Program-made: the position numbers and the translations under genes
NCBI GenBank assembly: GCA_002633005.1
Contig: NMRA01000266.1
Location: forward strand, 391,925-455,924
Reading direction: 5' to 3'
Source of the DNA: Phoronis australis
Taxonomy: Eukaryota; Animalia; Phoronida
DNA: 64,000 nt
The notes under the pieces: model-generated
Told to the model about the DNA's origin: nothing
The model's database searches: none
What the model saw: the letters and a program-made list of their open reading frames with translations, nothing else
In this document: piece after piece, positions 1-12,463 of the stretch
How the letters are laid out: the number at the start of each line of letters is the position of its first letter
Numbering within the stretch: position 1 is the stretch's first letter

Positions 1-366
1 AAAAAAAAAGAATTCCAAGTGCATTTTAGAATATTCTTGTATACTACGATACCTTTATAACCAATTTTAAAGAGTTATGACTTCCATCAATTGCATCTTA
101 ACAGGCCTGTCTGCTGCTTGAAGTCGCCATAGTTGTTTTCTTTACATCAATGCTCAAAGGTCACGCCTTGGCGCCGAAAGTCGACGCAAAAGATTGCACC
201 ACAACCAAAGATATCTTTGCCACAATTTCAGCAGCAGAATTACGTAGAACGCCAATCCGTCATCAGTTGTGTAAAATTCTCGTATCGTAAACCTACATAT
301 CACAGTAACTTTTTCATCAAACAATGCTTGACAAAAAGTTTGAGAGTGGTGTTTCAGTCCTCACGT

Positions 367-518
367 GTCCTGTTCGATACCCGGGGCTATTGTTTCAAAG
401 GTCGGGATTCGCGATTTTCGGGTGGGTTAGCTGTTTTGAAGATGCAGTATTCTGTTTTAGACTCCGTGATGTCTGTTTTCACTGGACTTCATGCGAGATT
501 CCATTTCTGTACACCCAT
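367..518 (+). repeat. Dispersed repeat, copy 1 (related to 28386..28530)
   Basis: Shared colinear blocks ccgggg..ttgttt.aaag, tttcggg..ggttagctgttttgaag, tctgtttt.gact.cg.gat.tctgtttt. Confidence 0.75.
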
Positions 519-886
519 CGAAACCATCAGCGACGCGGTAAAACGCATCAGAGTTTAATGGGATTGGCGAAATCGAAAATGGCGCACACACGAGCAAAAT
601 AGACACTGAGCTGTAAGCCACAAAAGGCTTACTTAAAGGTCAATTTCGGGGAATTTTATTTTTGATGTTTTGAAATCAATAACAGTTATATTTTATAACA
701 GTAAAAAGTACTGTTTAACCTTGCACTGTTTCCAGAAATCTTTCAAATTAGGCGCTGTGTGTATATTCAGGAGTCAGGGAGAAGAACATGTTAAAAGCAA
801 TGCAATTAGAGGTTCATAAGATGTGACGTTGCAATTCATGATTCCATAGCGTGCACGTCATAAGCAACTCACTGTGTTTTACTTAC

Positions 887-2200
887 ATCAAAATGCAATT
901 TAAGGCAAATTTCTGAATTGACGAGCAACCGTTGCTAGCTGCGAACATGTTCTATTTGATAACATTAAGTAAAACTTAATGTTTCAAGTGGAAATCAATC
1001 TTGTCAATTTAAACAGCAAGTGACACATGTTGTGGCTTTCATCGCCCGAAATGAACGTCTCCGAATTCAAGAATGTCTGGTTTTTGCAACATTGACGTGA
1101 CTACTTCGTTTCGAAGGAAAATGTACTTTCTAAGAAGAAATTGATTTGAGTGCCAACTTCAAGTAAGAAGGAAGTCGTCCCTCGTCATTCCTGGCTGTGT
1201 CGCTTCTACTTGGTATCCCCCGAAGCTGATGGTACTCAAGTCTGTCGATTTATTCCCTGTACTCTTAATTTTTGTCGTTGGCTGCTTGACTTACTGCATC
1301 AGGTACATGAGCCCAGATGCGCAACAGCGACACCTTTCGGAGGTTGAGGGGAATTAAAACTGGGGCACTTTTCAATGAAGCACCGCCGGGGACGCAAAAT
1401 AAGTTTTGACAAGAGGTAGTTACGTTTGTTTAAAAAGGGACAACTTACAGTTCGGAGACTTCTGAGACTTCGGTATAAAGAAACTTCGAATAAAAACCCA
1501 TGTCAGTGGCAAGCGTAGGGAAACTCGAACGTCAGAACACAGGAATTTTGAGCCGGGGAGTAGGGTTTAAGAGAGAATACAAACTGGGGGGGCAAAATGA
1601 CACGCAATAGAAACGGGGTACAACTAGCGTGCCCAGGTACATTTGACACGGACAATAACGAGGTTGCATTGTCTAGCCGATGTCAACAGAATCAGAAAGC
1701 TGAAAATTTCGCTTCGTAAATTTTTGTCATTCAGTATGTTAATGAATAATTTCTTGTAAATATTCTGAGGAGCAGAAATGTTTTTTTCACAAAAAGGTGC
1801 ATCTTGTAACGTGGGGACGTTTTGGATATCAAGTCCTTGGGTAAGTTTCCCAACTTGGAACTACATCTGACTTACAAAGGAACGAGCTTTATATGACCAG
1901 AGAACTACAGGCGGTCTGCAGTTCGTAGGATAATCTCGCACAGCTTGGATCAGCAAGCGGGAAACGTCGACGCAAAACGCCCTGTGAAGCGACCTTTCAT
2001 CAAATATTTTCAACTCAAGTGACATGAAGGGTTGCGCGGTGAAACTGAGAAAGCTCTCACTAAGTTTTTACAGTGTGAGCGACGCTTCGACTCCAGACAT
2101 GCATTCAGCGGAAAACTAAGCACGCGGGCAGCGCGGAGTTCAGAACAACGAATTCCGACAGATCAGACACAAAGCCGTAGTCGACCGGAAGGAACGTTGG
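887..2200 (-). other. Possible 5' end of an unidentified divergent minus-strand gene (candidate coding start 948..887, MFAASNGCSSIQKFALNCIL)
   Basis: Minus-strand gtaagt donors (cttac on + near 882, 1290, 1444, 1871), a minus acceptor gaaattttcag near 1700, and a CpG-rich patch with ETS-like ACCGGAAG at about 2184. No homology recognised. Confidence 0.25.
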
Positions 2201-4720
2201 AGGAAAATGTTGCTAGTGTAGTGTACAGAAACGCTGTACGCTACCCGTCGTGACTGAATGTTGGGGGTGTTCAGAATACAACGTTTTACAAATCACTGTT
2301 TGGCCGTGCTATGATGGGTTGAAAAGCTCGTTAGTAGCAACTGGGCACACTACATATCACATATCGTGAAACCTAGGGTGTTGTAAGCACACCTGTACTT
2401 TTTGCGTGGTGACTACAGATCGACCGACTACACAGCCTCAGTTCAGAAACCTACGTCAGTTGTTATTAGTAAGCTCGTAGTTTCACGACATGACAAAATT
2501 GACAACACTGACATGTGGGCAGTGAGGAATAATGTCAACAAGGACATCAAGTTTAAATATGATGTTTTTTGGAAATTAACTATAACCACTATTTTCATGG
2601 TTCAAGCAATCTCGTGACAACCACGTCCGGCTACTGAGTTCTGTCGAATATTAAACAAACAAAATACCCAGGCCATGCCACAACAGAATACAAATTCTTT
2701 TCATAACAAAAGCAGTGTCCCTATTCTGTCAAACAATGGTTAGAGAAAAGAAAGCATAGGCATGGCCTGCTCTCTGTTGGTAATAATATTGGATTACATG
2801 TCTAGTGACAAATAAGTCAACAACGATGAATGGTGTCAAAAGCTCATTTAAGTTTAACAAAAATGTTCCTCTGCGCTGCTGAGCAAAAATCCCTTGGAGA
2901 CCAGATATACAGGTCAGTTATCGACTGCAAAGATTTACCAATGGGTACATGTAGCATCAGAGGTATTCTTACAGTTGTGAACTGTGTAGACAACACACAA
3001 CTCAATACTACATGCGCAATGACAGACTCTTTAAATCTACGTCTCAAGATGGCCATACATTACTAATCACTGCCATCGTCTGTACATATTGTGAATTAGG
3101 CAACACTCGGAGTAACATACATGACAAATTCAAGGGACTCTGGTCAAACTGAATTTATGAACAGATCAATGCACCTTCTATGTAGAACAAATGACCAGGA
3201 CAGCGCCCATGTCACGCTCACTATGTGAATATTCAGAAAGTAACCATAGAATTTACATGAATATTCACACAGCTAGTCACGGCTAACATCTCAAACCACA
3301 CCGAGGTGAATGAGGAATTACTCAAATGAGATGTAGACTCACATTTCACGGTAGGCCTATTTCTCATACAAATGGCCTCAAAACTCAAATTTAAGAATTT
3401 TGCAATTACCGAACCCCAAGTCCCCCAGGAACACGCAACACTACCACACTTGAATAAATGTTTCCAGCAATTACCCCACAAACACAACAAGGAGTGCATA
3501 ATGTAGTGTTGGAAACTGTAAAAAGCATACCGAAGCTTAAAGAGCAGTGGTTGATATGACTGCAATGTAGTGCCTTTGCCAATAGATGGCGACGTAGTTC
3601 ATGGTTTGTCAGTCTGTCTAGCCCTGGAATGCCTACAATCTCGCGGCAGCCGAGGTTAAGTGATGATCATACGTGGGAGTTGTGCGCATTCGATTGCCCC
3701 GGCGTCTGTTCTTGCTATGGGATTTACTGTCATTAAAACTGTTTGCAGTTCCACCGGTTTTCAACCGAATTGCTTATGAGCCATGCAATTAGAAAACCCT
3801 TTGTCAGTTCTACATGATAATACAATAGGTTAAAGATATACAACTTAATTCATAAGTTATTATAATTTCGCTCACAAGACTGGTTGATTCTTAAAACCAA
3901 GTATGTTACCAAAATGGGTAAAATAACAACGTGTAATAGTAACATAGATGAACCAGAGAGGTCGTTAGTGATCCTGATACAGCGCATGTAGTGTATGTTA
4001 TCGTAAACAAGTCAGACACTAAAATACATTGTTACGAGTGTTATGTTACTAAAGAAAATGGATCTGGAATGTAACAATATGTTATTTTGAACACCTGGTG
4101 CATAGTTGTCACGGTCAAAATTCAAGAACGAAAATTAAAAACAAAACAAATGGATTAAGAAGCGGGAATACAGGACAAACGGCGGGACATCTGGGTCGAA
4201 GCCAAAACGTAAGGATGAAATGATCGCTGCAGCACACAAATACGCACCGATAGCATTTATGGAGCTGTAACACCCAAAAATGCCCGACAACGTTTTTTAT
4301 TATTTTATGGTGGAATGGAGAATTGGGGGTTCCACAAAAACCCGGCCATGAACCGTCCCTTTTCTGTTTTAGTGGAGCGGGAAAGTGTGGGACATTTAGA
4401 TGTTGTGACGGGATGGCCAAAAAAACCCAAAGAGTGGGACAGTCCGCCAATACTGGGACAGTCCGCCAAGAGTGGTGCAATTCGGTCTACACTGTACGCT
4501 GTCAGCAACATGAACTACTGGATTGGGTTCCTTTACAAGATAAACTTTTCATTTTTTAAAATTTTCATTTCATAGGTAAATCGTACAGATAACAGTAGGC
4601 CTACTTTTCAAAAATCGAATTAACAAGAAGCGGTATTTGGGCAACAGGTAAACATTACAAAAATGATTTTTTTAGAAACAGTTGAAAACAGTAATAATAC
4701 AAGCACGTTCTCTTACACCG

Positions 4721-4722
<2 letters not shown>

Positions 4723-4762
<40 letters not shown>
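4723..4762. repeat. (CA)n microsatellite running into assembly gap
   Basis: 20 CA units directly visible. Confidence 0.98.
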
Positions 4763-5046
4763 NNNNNNNNNNNNNNNNNNNNNNNNNNNNNNNNNNNNNN
4801 NNNNNNNNNNNNNNNNNNNNNNNNNNNNNNNNNNNNNNNNNNNNNNNNNNNNNNNNNNNNNNNNNNNNNNNNNNNNNNNNNNNNNNNNNNNNNNNNNNNN
4901 NNNNNNNNNNNNNNNNNNNNNNNNNNNNNNNNNNNNNNNNNNNNNNNNNNNNNNNNNNNNNNNNNNNNNNNNNNNNNNNNNNNNNNNNNNNNNNNNNNNN
5001 NNNNNNNNNNNNNNNNNNNNNNNNNNNNNNNNNNNNNNNNNNNNNN
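4763..5046. other. Assembly gap (284 N)
   Basis: Run of n. Confidence 1.
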
Positions 5047-7994
5047 GAAAATAAAGCATTGAAAATAGGTTTGATTTGATAACTGCTGTACGACTGTCGA
5101 TCAAAACACAGTCGAGCAGAAACTTATCAGCGCAAACTCTCGGCAAGTCTAGCAAGCTCTCCACGTCTAGAGTTATGTGTTGAAAGTAAGAAGATTCTTG
5201 TCCGACAAATTTTGCTACAACATCAGATATAGAATCACACTCACAACTACAGCGTATCTCACCTTGGCTCCCACTTTTTTCGTGTCATTTTGTGAAAGTT
5301 TTCCAGGATATAACTTTAATTTTTCACGAATTAATTTTCCGGCAAAAAGTAGACTTACAGTACTTTTCCTAATGATTATTGCAAGGCAGAAACAAGTGCA
5401 CGCACGTATGATCACGTGCAAGATTAAATGAGCACCGACTGAGTGTTCAACAAAATAATTTGTCGTCAAATAAATTTTATTTGATGTTTTGATTTATAAT
5501 ATGCAATACCGCTTTTGAAATAAAACCCACGGAGTGAAACTCTTAAGCTGTTTTTCAGTGGCCATTGAACACACCATTGCCGCCCTGTTCAGATGCCTAA
5601 CCCACGACCTCGAATTAGGCCATTCCATCCCATAATATTGGTCACATGATATCCCTGGCTGTTTCAGCTACAAGAATACCGAATTCATGAATGACAAAAT
5701 TTATTGGAGATGGCCAACCCAAAAAATTCAAATTCGAAAATGGCGCACGTTGATAACCGTACCAGAAAAAAACATGACGAATCCAGCTTAAAATATTTCT
5801 TTAAATAAAAGTCAATTAAAAAAGTGTAGGGCATTTAACTTTAGGTTAATTTCAAATGAACTTCCAGTTTCAAGGGAAAATAAACTGCAAAACAACTCCT
5901 ATTCTTGTAAAAGAAATTCTTGCGTAACCGCGTAGCTTAGAAGGAATGTCAATGCATAGTGCTTCATAAGACGTCTTGTACAATACAGTGTACAGTAGTT
6001 CTCTTGGTAGTGCTGCCACCTAACGGAATAATACGGCTCTAAAATAAATATTTTGACTTCATCGATTAACTCGCAAATAAACAATGATACGCCAGTAGTT
6101 TTTTACAAGAGGAGACCTAGCTACTTGTTAATTGACCTTCCGATATACTACGTAGTTGGCAAATCTGAGCAAAAGGTCGAATGACGACGGACATATGATA
6201 AATGATTTTTATGAGACTCCATGAGGTTAGAAACCGCATCGATTCACGGCAGTAGACAAAAGATTCCGTCATGCTGTGACCTAAATTAGGTGGAATCATA
6301 AGTACGACAATAAGCAGCAGGATACGTAAATAGCCTACTGGAAACGGCAATAATTGTGCTTGGGCGGTGCACCATTGGGGGATGGGAGGCTCAGTGCCAC
6401 ACCGCACATGGTCTATAGGCGGTGCACCACAGGGGGCCTGAGAGAGCATTAGCCCCCCCCCACTTTTCAGTGCTGCCCAGCCCATGTTGTGTGGTGGGCG
6501 CACTTTCGTACTCCTGTATTTCAGCGATGTGTTCATTATAGTTTTCGCAAAAGATTACATGCCTACATGCGCATGACCTGCGTGTGTACGCGCAAGGGGT
6601 CAGTATTTCGTTCTACACTGAGATACCCTTATGTTGTTTCAATCATTCCCAGGGCGTTTCGATCAATTCCCAGTCTTAATTACGATCACGTCAAATTTCA
6701 CTGCACGTCAATAACCCAGCCGGCTGCATGAACGTCATGACACGATCTCACATGTCCCCGGTTAGTAGTCTGAAATATTTGCATGCATCCTTCCACTACA
6801 TTCGTCAAAGTCTTAAAGGCTATGGGACTTGAGGTCTAATCTTTTTAATCTAATTTTGAACGAACTCGAGATAAATGGGTCTACTGTTGTATGCTGGAGT
6901 GTGTACCAGTCAATGTCTATATATCTAGGTTGCACTGGATGACCTCCGTAATGATGCCATAAGTTCGAGTCTGACCTCGAAATATCGGGGTTAGCAAGTG
7001 TAAATTTAGAAACTCATACCATAATGCCGCAATCTAACACAGACTTATTAGACATTGTTGTTCGCACGAGAATAGAAATGTCTGAACTTAGTGATTGTTG
7101 AGTTCACAGATCAGACCCCAGGCTCTGTGGAGGCTGAGGGGAAAACCAGTGCGAGCCATTTTTCTTGAGACTTGTTCGTCACAGGCTGTGTTTTTGTTGT
7201 ATTTATTTGTTCTACAAGTTTCCGCTATTAAATCTTTAAAAGCTCCTGAATAGTTACCCGCATCTTCAATCTCAGTAAGCAGTAGAGCCCACCGTCAGGA
7301 ACATTCACCAATTTTTTGCGCGGGACTGCAGCCACGGGAGAGTGACTCCTTTAATCCAATTATGAACTGGAAAAGTTGACGAAATACGATCAAGTCACAG
7401 TATAGTTTAGCATCAGCCACAAAACTCCAGCAAAAGAAATCCGTAGGTTACGGGTTCCTATTTGCAATGAGGTTCCTTTTTACGAGTCACTCAAAATTTG
7501 TCTTACTTTCAAGTTGAAAGTTACGTTTTTACTTCCCACTTACTTTTATTTGTTTTTCAGACGTCTGTGTACTGAGTCTTCTGGGGAACACTGTCTTTGA
7601 GTTAAAAACTGTTGGATAATTGTGGGTATCGATGAGATGATATATCTCACCTATGACAATAACACAGGTGGCAAACTACTTTGAAGTTGGAAACAATATT
7701 CTATTCGTTTTTTGGAAATATCATCGTTTGATGGTCGGGGATCTATACGAAACCTAGTCTCCTGAAAGATGGTATTTAAATTTAATCTGTCATCCATTGT
7801 TTGTGAAAATCTTACTATTTATCCTATATTTAGCGTTTTATTCAAAATGACTTGCAAGATACTGTTTGAAAACACATTAAACTTCGGAAATCAATTCGTA
7901 TTTTGGAAGGTAAAGTTTACACCGGGTAGGACAATATTGTCTGTTTTCTCCAGGGCATTAGAGATATATGTTACATAGTTATAATGATGACTGG

Positions 7995-8207
7995 TAGATG
8001 TCGCGCCAATCGAGCACTGTTTCTCGTTACGTCATTATTTTTGCCGAAGATAAGAACACAGAAGTTGGCTGGCGGTTTCGCGGTTCGACAGAAAGCTCAA
8101 TATAAACTGTGGTCAGTTCGCCTTATTTTCTCACTGATCGCAAGCTTTAAGCGATTGTAACTATTGAGTAGAGAGCATTGTCGAAGTTCACAATTTGAAG
8201 ACTGTGG
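7995..8207 (+). promoter_or_regulatory. Probable promoter and non-coding first exon of the RalGPS gene
   Basis: CpG-richer patch with CCAAT (8006), CRE-like TTACGTCA (8027), an ATG-free stretch and a strong donor GG|gtaagt at 8208. Downstream + strand appears T/G-rich, as expected for intron. Confidence 0.5.
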
Positions 8208-10394
8208 GTAAGTCTGCTTCTGTTCCTTTCTGGAGTGAATTCTGGTGTTGACAGTTGGTTTGACTAACGGCTACGTCAACTGAACTGGCAACTGGTCTGC
8301 ATCTGAAACCTTTGAATGTTAAACTTGTCAGTGACAATGTGAGCCTGTTAGCAACATGGGGTCAACCAATGGTAATTTTAGCTCAGTTCAGTTATCAAAA
8401 TGAAAACCTTCGTCTCGTGTTCGTCTTTCTTTCTTTCTCTTCTACACACTCCAAGTCGAGTATTCCGAAGAGGTGGCTCTCAATCTCAATTCCCTTGCAT
8501 ATATTCATTCACTCACCTAATGAGAGAAAATGAGACCAAGCTCAGAGGAGTGGGAGACACTTTTATTGTGTGTCAGTAAAGCCAGGATTTAACTTAGAAA
8601 TGAAAGAATTCTTTTTTCCAGGTATTGAACTCTTGAAAATTTACTTGAATGTGGTTGATATAGACTAAAATTAGACGAAAATGTCAAGTAACTGGTAGTA
8701 TTTATGGGATGTACGTGAATCCGACTGCCGGCACTGGTCGAAAATAGCAGTCCCTGATTTAGAGAACCAGACAATCACTGAATAACGGGCCTGTTATTTA
8801 GTGGATGAAACTGGTTCTCTAAATCAGGGACCACTATAGTATCTAACCAGTGCCCCCAGTGCCCTTGTGATGATCCTACTGATGAATACTTTGAAAGATG
8901 ATTGATAAAAATATACAATATACTACAGGAAAATATTTGTTGCAGTATAGAAAAATTTATAGACACCGAGAGTTGAACTGGGGTTGACCCTTGGAGAGCC
9001 AAGCGTCCAAATGGTTTGGCCAAGAGGCAGTTGCCAGTTGGCAAGTGATTTAGATAGGCTTTATATATCTGTAAGACACATCCGGAAGTCACGTGACACA
9101 ACTTGAGTCTATTCTACGGGGTAGATCAAGCATGGAAGTGAGGTCGGAGTTAGGTTCGCAGTTTTAATCTCATGGTTTCTTGCACATGCCATCGGCCAAA
9201 AGTTTTTGTGTTTGACTCACTCACTGGTTACCCAGTTTTTCGAATTTGGACTTGAACAATTAAACTGTCAAAGTGTACGCTTTTGCCAGGAGGACAGTGT
9301 TCTCTTGTAATTGACCTATCGCAAGCTCCACTCCCTTACGAAAAGTCTATGAACAAAGTTAACAATAAGTTTTACCAGACAACATGTTCTTTGCCGGGCA
9401 GCATAGTGGCTTGGAAACGAAGCTGTGTCAAGAATGCTGTGTTCTGATTGGTGAGTTAAGCCGTCACTCAAAATCTTGGCAATAGATCAATTGTCGGGGA
9501 CCCATGACCCACCTCATTGTTGTAAGGCTGTACCTAGCTGACCAGGAACCCCCATGGAGTCCACAACATTTACAATTTGCCAGAAAACAGTTACCTCTGA
9601 ATAATTAATTAATTCCAAGTACCATGGCAAAACAATATATTTTTCTAAGCAATTACATTGCCTGTGGCGGGTGGATGCCTCTGGCGTACACAGACGAGAG
9701 CATATCCCCATCAGTAGCTAGTCATTTCAAAATGTAGCAAATAACGTCAAATGAAGCATTCATGTACCCAGTTGGTTATAATTAATATATACCATGACTC
9801 TGAGAACAACTTAGTCACTAAAGTTTGAACATAGCCATGAAAATCTGTCGCGGTTCACTCGAGCTTCCATCGCAGGGTGCCATTTTGGGAATTACGCGAA
9901 ATCACGCCATTTCAAAAGCAAAAAGTTCAAGAGACACGACTCGTTCAAATGCCTCCCATATATTTTCCCAAACTTGTTTTTGCAAGTGTCAGCTGCCAGG
10001 TCACGTGATCTGCTCAGTCTCTTGAAGTATCGTAAGTTATTGCACACATTGAAAAAGTTAACGGTTAAAAAAACTGCAGTCGACATTCTTCACCAAAGTT
10101 GTCTTTAATTTCCATAGACATGTTTCATGGAGGATGCACAATGAGCCAGCAAGGAGCGTTGAAGAAAGTTAGTGTCGTTTAAGTGGCAATTTTAAGCGTA
10201 AAATGTATTTTTCACTTGGGGAAAACTTCATATTCGGTGACGAGTTCAACTACTGGCCGATGAAACTAGTACAGAGACCAATGGGGAGTGTTGCAGCCTC
10301 TTGTCAGCCAGCCAAGGTCTTTGTGTTACCCTTTTACATTTTCTCGGCTTTCAAGTTTCAATTAGTACTTTATCATGATGAATATGCAAATTTT

Positions 10395-10483
10395 GTAGGT
10401 CTAATGACCAATCAAGTAAAGCATGTAGATCTAGTGACCAATCAAATAAAATATGTAGATCTAGTGACCAATCAAGTTAAAGT
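10395..10483 (+). repeat. 30-bp minisatellite x3, each unit containing GACCAATCA
   Basis: gtagatctagtgaccaatcaa units; CCAAT at 10408, 10438, 10468. Confidence 0.9.
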
Positions 10484-11250
10484 ATTATGTTGTGAGAAAG
10501 CATAACTAACAACTGACAATTTCTGATTGTTGTCATACGTTTCTTACTTTTCAATATATTTCCCTTAAAAGTTGTCTCCAGCTTCTTATGATACGTTGGC
10601 AATTTGCCAGGCTGAGTACTTTGACCTTGTAATTACACCTCTAGTCAGTATTGTAGGTCGAGGGGTCAGTATTGTAGGTCAAGGGGTCAACTAATATGTA
10701 ATGTAGATGTAGACATCTAAATATTACAAACCTGAACTATAGAGGTACACTGATCACATAGGTCTCAGATAGTATTCGACTGAAACTGAAGATTTATGCA
10801 TGTTGGCGGCAAGTTTTCTTTCAAAGTTTACCATGTGTTATTAAACACAGTAAGATTAGAGAAGATTGAGTAATGTCCACCTGCGTCTGCTTATTGAAAT
10901 AAAATATCACATCTTCCGATTTGGATTTCAAATACCAAAAACCTAAACCTTTACTGTAACCCTTACCCTAAAACAAGCATTCAGCTTTTAAAGATGCTAT
11001 GTCTGATGAAAACCGTGAATCTTTAAATTGGTAGGAAGTACCTAGTGACTTCTTGGAGAACTGTGATTGCATGTGTAATCGGGGAAAGGAAACTATTTGT
11101 AAATATATTGTAGTTTTAAAGAAACACTACAACTGATACACTTAAAAACGAGTGAGAAAACTTAAAAACCCTAGTAACTAAAAATATTATGTCATCATTA
11201 TTGGATAGCTTTGCATCATTACTTGAATAACGATGAAATGCTATCGGACT

Positions 11251-12463
11251 CAGTGTTCTCCACATCTGAAAATCTAAACAGGTCGCACGCGTAAAAACTG
11301 CAACGTGCCGGAACCGCGCGGCGGTCAATGTTCTCCATAAGCTAGTGTGCAGTTTTTTGTGCACCTTATTTTTACCCACTCATTTTAATAGTAATGCACA
11401 GTAGTGCAAACAAATAACTGTGTGTATTCAACTTTTTATTTTTAAAAGTTGGGACTTATTTACAAACATATCACATGTGTCATAACCTATTTGCTTAGTC
11501 AATGACTTTGAAATGGAAGTCTACAGACTGTTTGATACAGTATGAGGAAATGTTTCAGGGTACTCAATAATGATGTCAATGTNAACGTCACAGCCACTGT
11601 CGAAGTTGAGTTTGCGAACGGCTCGGCAGATTTTTAGAGGGAGTATGCGCCACAAAAATAATATTCATGCTGGCAACGAGATGAACTCGGTCAATCTCAA
11701 TGGGCCGGTGGCACAAAAAGTAACCAATAATATTCATCTAAGTGAGAAATACACAAACAACAACCAATGAGAACCATCAAAGGCAGATTCATGCAAATAT
11801 TTTTGAGACTGGTATCGGTAAAGTCTGTCGTGGGGCCCACGTAATATTGAAAAATGTGCTACGAAAACCAAAATTCTGGCCTCCCAGAAGACGGCCGTTG
11901 CATAAACGGCTGCGCAACGGTGTCTTTGCCGACAACATGGGTAATATGATTAGTTCTCCGCCGAACACAAAAAGGTGACAGCAAAAGCGAAAAGGCCTAA
12001 CGCAACGATCAGCGACTTTCGTGCCGGACTGCACCTCCAGTGAGCAGGTAGTGGATTAGGCGTATAGGTAGCACTGGGCCTTTGTTTAAATTGACTAGTT
12101 GTTCGGGATGAATTGAAAAGATAATCGAGAGATTATTTACAAGCCGCGTAACATCATAAATAGACTTGCGGCCCGGTCTGCCGCTTGAGTGAGTCCGCAA
12201 CGGACCACCGACTTCCTTAGGCTTAGCCTTTATTCAGTTTCAATGGGCTATGGCCAGTTGCTGTCAAGCGTAATTTGAACCAGTGAAGAACTTATTAACG
12301 ACGACGACGTTTTTTACAAAGTAGAACCTATATTTTTAAACTGGTCGCGGGATTTTTAAACAGGACGCTGGATTTTTAAACAGGACGCGGGACATTTAAA
12401 CAGGACGCGCGCTCGGCCAAACAGGACGCTGCGACACGTTAAAAGTGGTTGTGGAGAACACTG
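11251..12463. mobile_element. Non-autonomous hAT-like DNA transposon (1213 bp) with 5-bp TSD
   Basis: Perfect 14-bp TIR CAGTGTTCTCCACA...TGTGGAGAACACTG; GGACT on both flanks; subterminal AAACAGGWCGC repeats; CpG-rich interior; no transposase ORF. Confidence 0.88.

Noticed and set aside
4655-5164. ORFs spanning the N run (HTHT/CVCV repeats)
   Set aside because: Artefact of the (CA)n microsatellite plus the assembly gap.
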